A stretch of DNA of 63,800 nt, counting the filler, from Kipferlia bialata (lineage: Eukaryota), in NCBI GenBank assembly GCA_003568945.1. It is 8 parts of 7 records of this genome, joined end to end, with 100 filler letters (N's around TTAATTAATTAA, not from the genome) between each part and the next. Parts side by side here need not be neighbours in the genome. Positions count along the whole stretch, not along the records: positions 1 to 10,672 come from BDIP01001375.1; positions 10,773 to 21,444 come from BDIP01001376.1; 6 more parts are not named here. The stretch is one strand, 5' to 3'. Below, piece by piece: positions 1-10,826 of the stretch. Under the pieces are notes generated by a model. It was not told the DNA's origin. It made no database searches and saw nothing but the letters and a program-made list of their open reading frames with translations. The position numbers and the translations under genes are program-made. The stretch's first letter is position 1. The number at the start of each line of letters is the position of its first letter.

Positions 1-58
<58 letters not shown>

Positions 59-66
59 AATACCAG

Positions 67-120
67 GTCATCAACACCCTGGCCATCGGCGACCTCTCCG
101 ACCACATGAAGGGCAAGTAG
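67..120 (+). CDS. Terminal exon of a gene whose body lies upstream of the window (VINTLAIGDLSDHMKGK*)
   Basis: (CT)n tract, then CCCTAATACCAG acceptor, 17 GC3-rich codons and TAG. Confidence 0.6.
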   Translation, partial: VINTLAIGDLSDHMKGK

Positions 121-1429
121 AGGGGGTATGGCAATCAGTACACGGGAGACTTTGGTGTTCACTTCCCCTTCGCCATAGGATTGCCTGTGTATTATGCCTA
201 GAGGCATTGCCCAGAGCCTGTGGCTATTCACAGAGTGTTACAATAGACAAACCACCACCTCAGTTGATATATGAGTCCAAGTTGACAAGACGAGGAATGT
301 GACACTATTGTACTACTGAAACACTCTGGTGTTATGGTCGATAATGAATCATTGGAATGATTCTAAGGTAGAACAGTCTATTCAGTCGATATGAAAGTTG
401 CGAGCTATATACCCTCTAGGACACCAAATTCTCATCAAGCAATGTGGACCCTGAATGTCTTTGTGTCGCTCCCCTGATATGGAGTAACACTCGCATTGTT
501 AGACAGCCCGACTTCAAGTGCAGATCCAACCCTATACGTGTTCCTGGGCTTAGGTTGTACTACCACTACCGTTTGGGTTCTCTGGTGTCACTGGCGAGTA
601 GTGCTATGACCTCGTGGCATACGGCCAGTGTCTCAGGGTCCAGATGGCAACCATCGCAACCTGTGTATAGTGAGGGTAGTGAGAGACTATAACGGGTCAG
701 TCTTACGCAGTAAGTTGCTTATCAAGTGAACATGAAGACAGTTGGTTCATTCTACACACTGTATAGTTGTCTCCTGTTGTGGAATAGTAAAGGGATGTGT
801 AGAACTACCTTCAGTGCCTGCATTGCTGCGGGGACACATATGTCACGCATGGACTGTCTGTTGGCCACTTGGTATTAGAGTCATATATAGGAGACATGGT
901 GCTTTCGCAACAATTCCATACGATTACTCGATACTCTCGAGTATCATACCCACGATTGCAAGGTCACGCAAGAGTTCCACTCCATTATCCACTGTGGATC
1001 TGTCTACATTCTGTGGTTGACCTATAATCAGTACAGTATTGTATCCGACGGTGAAGAATGTGATGCAATCACAGATGAGCACAGGCAATAGTAGAGCCAC
1101 TGGGTTTCAATACATACCAGGCAGAATCGCCCTGGCTATGACCCCAAGTACAATCAGGTGCACTCCCTCTCTGACCATCAGACCACAGCGACACGGATCC
1201 ACCTGTCCACCTGGGGATCAGCGACTATGCCCAATATCCTATCATACATTGATGGTATTGATAATGGAGGTGTCAGAGTCAGCCTATGCGGTGTCCTACT
1301 TAGACACCATTCAACACAACACCGGCATAAATTGAATTCTGGGATCGGAACAAAACAACGTGGAGCAGCCAGTTGAATCGTACTGTTTGCTAACCGAACA
1401 CTCTCTGAAAGAAACCACACCACTCACCT

Positions 1430-2650
1430 GGTGCTCTCAGAGCATTGAGTGCTCTAAAACGCTCAGGTCCTGGGTATGGAAGTCCATAGTAGTCTGACGA
1501 ACATAGCATCTTGAGCAGGTTGATGGCGTGGAAACGAACCTCAGGGTGAGTCTCATCACTATTATTGTTAATTTGTACGTGGGTACATGTTACCATAGAC
1601 GCATTGAAGCTAGATAGACATTTACACACCGGACTGTCCTGAGGCTGGTTGAAGATAGTCACTGTGCTCCGTATTGCACTGTGGTGAGAGTGGGAGGAAT
1701 ATATACAGATCATACACACTATTATCCGTGAGAGAACATGTGCAGCAGTAGTGTAGGCATGGATTGGTTAATCTAACCCACCTGATACACCCAACACTGA
1801 GTAGCTGGTCTTTCACTCCCTCTGAGTGTTAGAACGTGGTGAGTGTGATTCTGTTGTAGGAAGTCTCGAAGTGTACCTTCATCTCTGCACATTGTAGCCA
1901 ACTCTGTCAGAAGTGATCTAGCCTGTACATGGTTGTGGGCTGTGCCCAGAGATTCAACCATGGACTGGAGCCTACTACCTCGACCGGCAGGGGTGTAGGG
2001 CTGAGAGATGAGACCAGGATTGTCATGAATACTGTATGTAATTGATTAGTCACACGTTATGTAAGTCATTACCGATCGTGGTGCGTACCTGGTATCTAGT
2101 CTCCACCAGAGTCATAGGCTCCGTGTAGATCTCTCCTTGAGTGCGACTAGTGTAAGTGTGTTAACTACAGGTGTTCACGGAGACAAATACTCTCAAGGTT
2201 ACACAGAGGAAGGGCACATACTCTAATACTGTCACATGTAGTCACGAGTATTGACGACTTCGTTGAGCAGTCGTGTATCTAGAAGTCTTATGAGTGAACA
2301 GGACACTTCTATCAGTGCGTGTGGTGTTGTATACAAATACTGGTTCATTGTTGAGTGAATAGTGAATAAACCCTACCTGCTTTCACTTGAATGCACCGTC
2401 GTGGTAGGGACCCCACACACCCCAAGCATCTGATGTGGTGAGCAAGGAATACAACGGTGAGACTAGGTGAATAGTGTTCAGCAACCCTCAGCACGATCCA
2501 GTGATTAGCACCATAGGCAATGTGTCACTACCTGCATTGTCAGTGCTGCTCTGCAGATGGGACAAGTGGAGTGGGGGCGTCCATAGCCCTCAATCTACAT
2601 GTGAGATGGTGACTAGCATCGCAAATGAGGAATGTCCTCCCATGCTCATA
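1430..2650 (-). pseudogene. Degenerate remnant of a RING/pentapeptide-repeat family gene
   Basis: Broken frames give TCPICRAALTMQ (~2535-2570), SLGTAHNHVQARSLLTELATMCRDEGTLRDFLQQ (1773-1961 ORF) and DQLLSVGCIR, which resembles EQLLSVKSVK in the pentapeptide ORF at 20542-21444; many stops and frameshifts. Confidence 0.4.
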
Positions 2651-3333
2651 TCGAGGAAATGTTCGGAAACACGAGGAATTATTAGGAAATATTGCCTATC
2701 AGGCAGTGTCTCCCATGTACAATGTGATGTAAGAGATGTGTGCTGATGACTCTTACCGGTGTAGTCATCCACTCCCTCAGGCATCGTGTGTGGAACGTGT
2801 GGCTACATGGAGTGTCACAGAAGGGACCCGACTGGGCTGGAGTCAGATATGGCACATGCATTGCACTGCATAACTGAGAGAGAGCCTGGTAGATCTGAGG
2901 GGTCTACACCACAGCAGTACAGTCATCGGATGACACTCACTGTCTAGGCATATCACACAGTGCGACATTGGGTGCCGGATTACAAGTGGCGGGTGGTTTC
3001 GGTCTATAAGAATTTCTCTAGAAAGGAGAAGCACCATACCATGGCCAGGGGATGATCGTGTAGCCAACTGTAGATGGGATTCAACGGGATAGAAGGTTGA
3101 TCTCCACAGAGGACTTCCCTCTATACAGGAATAGGCATAGTGTCATTTCTATCCAATTTGTTTTATATAGTTCGACGATTCATATTCTGTATCCCAGAAC
3201 TCACGACACTGGCATGTATACATCCATTACTATACGACACGATATTGTGGGCATTACTAAGTATCTTAATCCCCGCCGGAATCCCCGCCGGAATCCACGG
3301 AGAATTGAGTGCTCAAGTGTGTCAGAAACACGA

Positions 3334-4280
3334 TCACTTGTGTGGGACAATGGCCTTCAGTGCCTGTAGCCGCACGGTGAAGGCATCTAGTATCGCGTTG
3401 GGATACTTAGAAGCCTGACCAGGGCCTAGCAGTGACTCAATGAAGACAGCAGACCGAGGGGTGACACTCTCATCAGACGAACGAGAGCTCCCGTGGATAC
3501 GGGACACACAGGGTACCACATCCACCCCTAGCTCACTCACGAGAGATGCCCACCCGCCCTTGGCGATAGAGGCGGCAAGAGGCTCCATGGTCTGGGAGGT
3601 CAGAAGTGTAAGCTGGTCAACAAAGATGTCTAACACTTGGGAGGAATATGTAGTACATAGCACATACCTTGTAGGGGATGGAAGTCTGAGGATCGATGGA
3701 GGGAGGGAGAGAGGGGTCAACCTCTTTACCCGTGCAATAGTCTTGCAGGTCTTCCCAAGCATTCGCGTCCTGAAGAAGGTCCTGCAGTCAATAGAATAGT
3801 TATATTAGACCACCCTAATGAATATACTCCCCAAATAACCAACTTGAACTATACATACACAACGCTGCTGAAAACAGCAGAATATACCAGCATCACACAA
3901 TGAAACGCAGGATTGAGCGGATACAGTATATGAGAGGAGTATATCATATACCGTATATGGTAACGTACCGCCGCCCACAGCCAGTGATAGCCATACTTGC
4001 GTGCCATCTGAGCATCACCACAGGCCTTAGAGGATATGCATCCCAGCTTGAACCCTATGCGGAGGAAGAAGGGATCGCCCCTGTACTCAACAAAGTAGAG
4101 CCGGCAGAGCTAGAGTCAAGAGAATGGAGAGAAGAATACAATACTGCGTAGTAATATAATTGTTTGATACCTCCACAAGCAGTGGCCGAAGATGCCCAGT
4201 GTACAGCTTTCTGTCCAGTGGCTTATCCCTGCCGTAGTTGCAAGAAGAGAGTAGTGCCTGGGTCAGTGTTTGGAGAGACG
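3334..4280 (-). CDS. Multi-exon hypothetical protein, 5'-truncated, possibly decaying
   Basis: Exons ~4280-4171, 4109-3969, 3923-3861, 3781-3668 and ~3636-3334 join into one frame (..RPLLVE|LCRLYFVEYRGDPFF..WLWAA|YPLNPAF..|DLLQDANAW..IPYK|VLDIFVDQ..IVPHK*), but two acceptors read TG and AA instead of AG. Confidence 0.45.
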
Positions 4281-4365
4281 CTGAATAGTTGGAAGGATGA
4301 CAGAGAGACGGTGTGTGGGGGGGGGGGGGGGGGGAAGGGGAGGGAGGGGGATGGACACACATACA

Positions 4366-6031
4366 TCAGTATGCACTGCCACCCACCGACGCTGTCTGGG
4401 ACCGTGTGTTCTTGCCGTCCTCCTCCATGTCGCCATTGGCTATGAGCCAGTCCTTGGTCGAGGTGTCGTCCAGGTAGCACACAGAGTATGTGTCGCACAG
4501 CTCCTTGGCCGTGATGAGACCTGTAGGGGGTGCCACTCCCTCATCAGCACACGCCTCTGTGTTGTAGATGACGCCTGGGGGGTTGGGAGAGGTCGGCAAA
4601 TGGAGAGAGACCTAGGTGCAAGAGTAACCCATGCATACCTGTGCGTGTTCTGAGGGAGGAACAGCTGAAGTTGCCGTAGTAGCTACGCCAGTCAATGGAA
4701 TCTGTGTTGCCGACGGTCCTGGGGGTTAGCAAGGGTAGCGGTACATTCAGTGATACTGTATGACAGACAGAAGATAGCCATAAGGGCCGATGCAGACGCC
4801 ATTTGGTACAGAACTCCCCTACTCACCTGTAGTACATCTGAGAGCCCAGTCCTGATGGTGTGGTGACACCGTTAATGAACACATGGCCCTGCAGGTGAGG
4901 GAGGCAACGACACATGAGCACACTGATAATATATAGGGTATCATAATGATATGGTGGACCTAGAGGACTAGTCCACACTAGAACCCCCCCTCTCTAACGT
5001 ACCGAAGGGGTGTTACCGTTACGCCACGACATCCTGTCTCTAATGGTGAGCAGATTGCCCTGGTCCTTCTGGGTGTCAGTCCTATGGTGACTATACACAT
5101 AGAGAATAGTATATAGTGTAGCACTCACCTGTGTGAAGTTGATGTGGGACCCCGTGACCCAGGCCTCTGCCTCGGTCTCACCCATGACGCCGTAGTGCAG
5201 CAGGATGCGCTTCATGATCTGGGGGAGGAGGAGGGTAGATCAATACAGAGATACAGAGGATACAGAGGATATGTCACAGTCACAGGTCAGACCAAAACAC
5301 GGTATAGAGTGTCCCTACCTCTCTGACCAGCTCGACCTCAAAGCCCACTGCCTCCTGGGCGTCTGTGAACTGTGCAATGCCTGTGGTGTCACCAGACACA
5401 ACCTCTAGTCTGGGGTGGGGCGACATATACTAATGCAAATATACATACGCACACAAATACATATATACTAATATACATGAAAGTATGGAAAGGTCCATAG
5501 GAGTCCTCAACATCTCCCAAGGAACCACATATACCAGTATATATATCTTGGAGATCTTAGAGCCAGGGAGAGGTATATATATATATATTCATATACACTG
5601 TCCAATCTACAAACAGACCCATACGGAATCCTATACGAATGAGAGTGGCTGCATCTGACTCACGTGAAGTCCTCCTCGTTGAGCACGTCGTAGAGGGTGC
5701 CTGGGTTTGCAATGGAGTCGACGTCTGGGTAGAGCAGGTTGCCCATATCACACTCTGGCTCATAGGGGGTGTCGGCATGGGTGGCGTCGTAGTCGGTGTC
5801 TGTGAAGTAGGAGATGGCGGCACTCTCAATCTGGGCATCGAAGTCACTCATCACGACAAAGTGCTCATCGTAGAGGGAGTTCCAGGTGCCATCGTTGACA
5901 CACTCACTCAGCCCGGCATTGAAGGCACGCAGCAGGTCCCAGTTGCCTGTCCCCAGGATCTCAGAGGACCCATACACCAGGGGTGCCAGCAGGGCACACA
6001 CACACAGGAGGGGCAGGGTGGCACCTCGCAT
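4366..6031 (-). CDS. Secreted protein resembling family-3 solute-binding proteins (PBP2 fold); ~8 exons, 3' end uncertain
   Basis: Signal peptide MRGATLPLLCVCALLAPLVYG; motifs LLRAFNAGLSECVNDGTWNSLYDEHF, GTLYDVLN, YGPF, VGFEVELVREIMKRI, WRSYYGNFS; canonical introns with phases that join, except the exon-2 acceptor (~5535), which is unresolved. Confidence 0.55.
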
Positions 6032-6425
6032 GGTGGTCGCTGAAGAGTGTGGTGTCCAAGCCTGGTTCCACACTGGTTATGGCCAAAGAATAGAGGGTGT
6101 AGTGACTGATATATATGTGTCACTGATACTATCAGAGTCACGCACCTCCAGCAGCAGTAATGGGTATAGCCTTTTCTATGAAAGTATCCTAGCGGGGACG
6201 GTGTGTCATAGTATAGAGAAATATTAATCGATAGGACGCACTAACAGTGTATTATTATCATTGTACAAAACACACTCCAACATCACACAGAAACACATCG
6301 CTAAGAACGATCTACTGGCAAGCAAACACACACCTCAAACATTGAGGCACACACAACGGCAAGAAATAACATAATAATATACGGGCGTTATCGATAACAA
6401 CACATCAAAGGGAAAGATACCCCCA

Positions 6426-6841
6426 TTACTGAGAGGCACCCTTGGAAGCCTTTGCGGCCTTCCTGGCCTTGGCTGCCTTTGTGCAAGCAGCCCTCTTGGC
6501 CTCAGCCTCCTCCTTAGCAATCAGCTTCTGCTTCTCCATCTCAGCCAGAATCTGAGCCTTGAAGGGGTGGTTGTTGGGTACACCTGGGTCTACCTCCTTC
6601 CTCACACGTCCAGTGGCAGCAAACTTACGAGACGCCTTACGTGCCTGCCTGTGGGACTCAGCAACCTTGGCACGAATCTTGACCTTGTCCTTGATCTTCT
6701 GCCTCTTTCCCTTGTACTCTGAGGTGAGTGGATATCATATCAAAGATCATACACAAAAATGTACTGCTCCATTGCAGCTAAAAAACACCAAGTGTGCAGA
6801 ATAGGTACTGACGTACTCTTACTGGGCCTGCCGAGAGCCAT
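6426..6841 (-). CDS. GNL3/Grn1/Nug1 N-terminal (GN3L_Grn1) domain protein, 105 aa, no GTPase domain
   Basis: Exons 6841-6817 and 6718-6426: MALGRPSKKYKGKRQKIKDKVKIRAKVAESHRQARKASRK..EVDPGVPNNHPFKAQILAEMEK..KGASQ*, matching the KIxxKVxEHxRKxRK..DPGxPNxxPFKxxILxE pattern. Confidence 0.8.
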
Positions 6842-6913
6842 CTTGGGTAGTTACTTGAGATAACGTACCAGAAAGCAGCATATCTCAGCTTGGCCTAGTT
6901 TTTTGAGGAATCT

Positions 6914-6946
6914 ACACCCTTTAGTGTTTTTACAACTAAAGGGTGT
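6914..6946. promoter_or_regulatory. Perfect 12-bp inverted repeat in a 153-bp head-to-head intergenic region
   Basis: ACACCCTTTAGT-(9 nt)-ACTAAAGGGTGT between the ATGs at 6841 (-) and 6995 (+). Confidence 0.45.
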
Positions 6947-6994
6947 GGCCTGATCTTGACAAGGCAAGTTGATGCATCTCTTCAGACATACGAA

Positions 6995-7707
6995 ATGGAG
7001 TTCCCCGCATCTGAGCTTGCCCCTAAGGTATGTTATGATTTGATATGATGCGCATGCCCTGCATCACCTGATCGTGGAGGCTGGCTGAGATGGAGTGTAG
7101 TTCATACGTTGTCTACTCCTTGCTCTTGACACGTGTTGACGAGTCTCGTGCCTTCCAACCACCAGGCCCTTGGCCCCTACTCCCAGTGCGTCAAGGCTGG
7201 TGGAGTCATCTACTGCTCTGGACAGCTTGGTACGGGTCCATTTATGTTGCTTCACCTTAATATACAGTTGACTGTGCGACATGACTTCTGACAATCTCAA
7301 TTGACATGTGAAAGCTGATGCTTACTGCCAGGCATGATCGACAACGTCCTCCAGGACACCGTTGAGGAGCAGACCAAGGCCGCCCTTGAGAACATGGGCC
7401 ACGTGCTCACTGCTGCTGGCAGCGAGAGGTCCAAGGTACTTGACTGGCCAAGACCATGTTGACCAGTCCTCCCTCACCCCCAGGTTGTCAAGTGCTCCGT
7501 GTTTGTCAAGGACCTCAACGACTTCGGTGCCGTCAACACCGTGTACGCCGAGTTCTTCGGTGACCACAAGCCCGCCAGGTCAGATGACTGTATGTCTATG
7601 ATGTGTGTCTCTCATTTGTCAGTTAGTCTCACCCCAGGGCCTGTGTCGAGGTTGCCCGTCTGCCCAAGGACGCCCTTGTGGAGATCACCTGCATCGCCCT
7701 CGCCTAA
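6995..7707 (+). CDS. ridA: RidA/YjgF/UK114 reactive intermediate deaminase, 121 aa, 5 exons
   Basis: Exons 6995-7027, 7166-7229, 7332-7435, 7484-7578, 7638-7707 (366 nt): [54 protein letters not shown]. Confidence 0.95.
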
Positions 7708-8121
7708 GTACTGAGTACCCCAGGGTGCCATCGGATTCTAGAATAGATTAGGGTGGCCACTTTTATGAGTCTGTTGACTGTGTGTTACATTGGACATGTA
7801 AGGAACATTAAAGTACCTTATGTATGTATCTGTTGGTAATATACCATACCAACTCAAATGAATCAACTGTCACAGCATTTACTTCCAGTCAACACTGCAA
7901 TCACACTCAGAGGCCACTTCTCACAGTCTCTGATCAAACCAGCGGGAAATACACCAGTCAGAGAAGTACAACACGTGCACCCGCATCAGAGGGTGCACTA
8001 CCCCTGTTCCATTGGTCTAGACACCACGGGACCAGGGGATAACTCAAACACAGACATCATAAGGGGGACGGGGGTTGGCACCTCCGCCTCCCCCCATAGG
8101 ATGTCTCTCTCTCCCTGCCAT

Positions 8122-10599
8122 CTACCATGATCCGTGGATCTGGACGTTGGCGGGGGCAGCGGGCTGGACGTACATGGCTCCAGTCTGCATCACGGGCTGG
8201 CCCACAATCACTGGCTGCAGCCTGATCTGCTGCTGCATCTGCTGGGGCTGCTGGTTCATGGCAACAACCTGCACGGGCTGGGGCTGGTGCACCTTCTGGC
8301 CCTTCTTAGAGGACTTAGAGGACTTGGCAGAGCCCTTGGCGCCCTTCTTGCCCTTGCGGGGGTTGTAGGGGTTCTTCATCTTCCTGTTGGACTTGTGCAT
8401 GTTGCAGAACAGGCAGCACAGGCCGATGGAGAACAGGAGCCATCCGAACATGGCCGCAGAGGCAACCTGCACAAGGCCTCCACAGAGGAAGGCGGGGATA
8501 GTGAGCAGAAGGGTGGAGGGGATCTCGCACCCGAGCACGGATGTCTTGAGGTCTGTGAGGATGCCGTCAACGATGGTCATGAGAGACAGGTATGTCTCGT
8601 CGAGCACAGTGCCGATGGTGTCAAACTCAGCGGGGATGATGTCCACTACAGCGGTGATGGTCTCGTCGATGATGGTGGAGTCGGGCAGGTCGGTCAGGAA
8701 GTCCACAATCGATGTGATGGCAGACATCATGCCAATGACGGTGTTGACCACCACAATCATGGACTCCTCAGCGTCCACGGCGTCATAGGCGGTGTTGTAG
8801 GCAAGCACCACACCGTCCATCATTGCACTGAACACAGCGTTGCTCTTGAACTCGTCGGTGTCGGCCAGGGCAGTCCACCACTCAGAGATGCCAGAGGCCC
8901 CGAAGGAGTCCATGCCGAAGACAGTGGCATAGTCAATAGTGTCACAGATACCGTCGGTCCTGGCGGTACAGGCGTCGGGCAGGCAGAGGTGGTCGTTGTC
9001 GTCGTCATACATCATGTAGGAGATGGCGTCCTCACAGGCCTGCACGGCAGGGTCCGAGATACCGGCCAGGATGCCTCCGTCGATGGTGGCGATGGGCTCG
9101 ATGATGGAGGCAAAGGAGTTGATGGTGTCCAGGATGCCCGAGATGCCGTCGACGTTGATGAGCTCGGACTTGAGCTCGAGGAAGGCCTGGATGGCGTCGA
9201 TGTTGGCCTGGGAGGTGAGGCCCGTGGACTCGACAATGTTCCAGATGGACATCTGCATGATCTGGGCGAGGGGGGCCTCAATGCCGAAGATGGAGAGGAG
9301 GTTGGAGGACTCCTCGGAGCACCACATCAGCTCGGTCAGGTCGAGGTCGGACACGGCGTACTCGATGGTGGGGCCGTTGGCGGACAGGTCCACGGCCACA
9401 ACCTGCTGGCTGGCAGCCTCACCAAAGGTAATCTCGAACTCCTCGACGATGGTGTTGGAGTAGGCCAGGTCCAGGGTGAAGTTGGAGTCTGGCAGGGCGA
9501 TGGAGAAGGTCTCCTCCACGGTGACGGGCTCCTCGACGACAGGGAAGGGGTTGTCGATGTCGAGGTCCTCGAACATGTCGAGGGTGGGGAGGAACTCGAT
9601 GGCGTCAGACACGAGCTGGGAGGGGTCGTCAAACACAAGGTCGGTCATCATGCACACTCCCTTGTTACCGACGAGGGCCAGGGCAGAGGTGATGGCCAGC
9701 ATGAGGCAGGAGGGGATGATGGCGAGGCAGGCAGCGAGCATCACGCACTTGGCGCAGCACCTGCGTAAGAGGTTTGGAGGGGGAGGGGGGGGGGGAGGGG
9801 GAGGAGCAGAGAGAGAGAGAATGAGCACTCACTTGCACTGGCAGCACTGCACACAGAAGGCACATGCGAAGATGGGCATGGGGAAGAGGATCAGCAGGAT
9901 GAAGTCGACGCCGTATGGGGCAAAGTTGATGTACTGCATGATGGTGCTGTAATCAGCGGAAGTGCCGTCGATGGTGGGGATCTGGGTCAGCATATCGTCG
10001 ATGGTGGTGTGCAGCTCATCAAACATCGAGGTGTCAATGCCAGCGTCGGCAAGGTCCTGGTTGAAGTCGGCGTCGTTGTCAACGAACTTGCTGACGACGT
10101 CTGTGAAGGAGAGGTCCTCGAACACGGCGTACACGTCCTTGGCAGTGGCGATGATGTCGGCATACTCGGAGTCGGTTCCGGTGTACTCCTCAATGTACGA
10201 CTCGGCCTCGGTCTGGATGAGGGCCACGGTGGCATCGCCAGTGACAATGTCAGCCACAATATCGGAGATGTTGGACAGGAAGTCCCCGAAGGATCCAGTG
10301 TCCAGCAGGGTCTTGAGGTCATCGGTCATGAACTCATCAACCTTGTCGGCAATCTCGTCGATGGTCTCGTCAAGGTCGGCAGGCAGCTCAAAGGAGGCGA
10401 GCATGTCAGCCAGCATGTCGACAGAGTCTGCCTTGTCCCACACAGTGGTCACGTTGCCCACGAGGTAGTCGATGTTGCCGAGGAACTCTCCCACGGCTGT
10501 CCACATATCGTTGAGGTCGTCGTTGGCACCGAGTGTGGTGGCCATGGCGTCCAGGATGGGGTCAAGCACAGCGGGGATGGAGCCCATGATGTCAAGGAC
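8122..10599 (-). CDS. Large multi-pass membrane protein with acidic helical ectodomains (prominin/tweety-like topology), 5'-partial
   Basis: Exons 10599-9833 and 9760-8122; two TM helices flanking a Cys-rich loop (CVQCCQCK|CCAKC), a final TM (MFGWLLFSIGLCCLFC), then a K-rich and Q/P-rich tail. Confidence 0.75.
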
Positions 10600-10672
10600 C
10601 TGGGGGGTCAGCACGGGTGGGGATAAGAGGGTGTAGAGAGAGAGAGAGAGAGAGAGAGAGATGTGGTCTATG

Positions 10673-10772
10673 NNNNNNNNNNNNNNNNNNNNNNNNNNNN
10701 NNNNNNNNNNNNNNNNTTAATTAATTAANNNNNNNNNNNNNNNNNNNNNNNNNNNNNNNNNNNNNNNNNNNN
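10673..10772. other. Artificial contig linker; identical 100-nt linkers at 21445-21544, 32216-32315, 42984-43083, 53751-53850, 56994-57093, 60368-60467
   Basis: N44-TTAATTAATTAA-N44 (stop in all six frames); the first five contigs are length-sorted at ~10.67 kb. Confidence 0.97.
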
Positions 10773-10826
10773 CCCCCCCCCCCCATTTGGTGTGTTTCCC
10801 CCCCCCCCCCCCCCCCTCACCCTCAG

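Noticed and set aside
200..1400. Possible TE or pseudogene debris (also 53160-53750)
   Set aside because: No recognisable motif, terminal repeat or sustained frame
4366..4368. In-frame TGA suggesting readthrough or recoding
   Set aside because: An upstream GTGGGT donor at 4386 explains it; complete genes here use TAA, TAG and TGA as stops
3900..4445. Plus-strand ORFs with a CxxxC..CxxC pattern
   Set aside because: The opposite strand has the coherent spliced frame
7028..7165. Possible intronic C/D snoRNA (ATGATG..CTGA..CTGA); similar hint in NAP intron 55316-55552
   Set aside because: Boxes too close or degenerate, and no identifiable rRNA guide
8134..9768. 544-aa plus-strand ORF
   Set aside because: Antisense shadow of the GC3-rich minus-strand membrane-protein exon
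10673..10772. TTAATTAATTAA recurring at ~10.77-kb periodicity
   Set aside because: Artificial six-frame-stop linker between length-sorted contigs; gene neighbourhoods across linkers are meaningless
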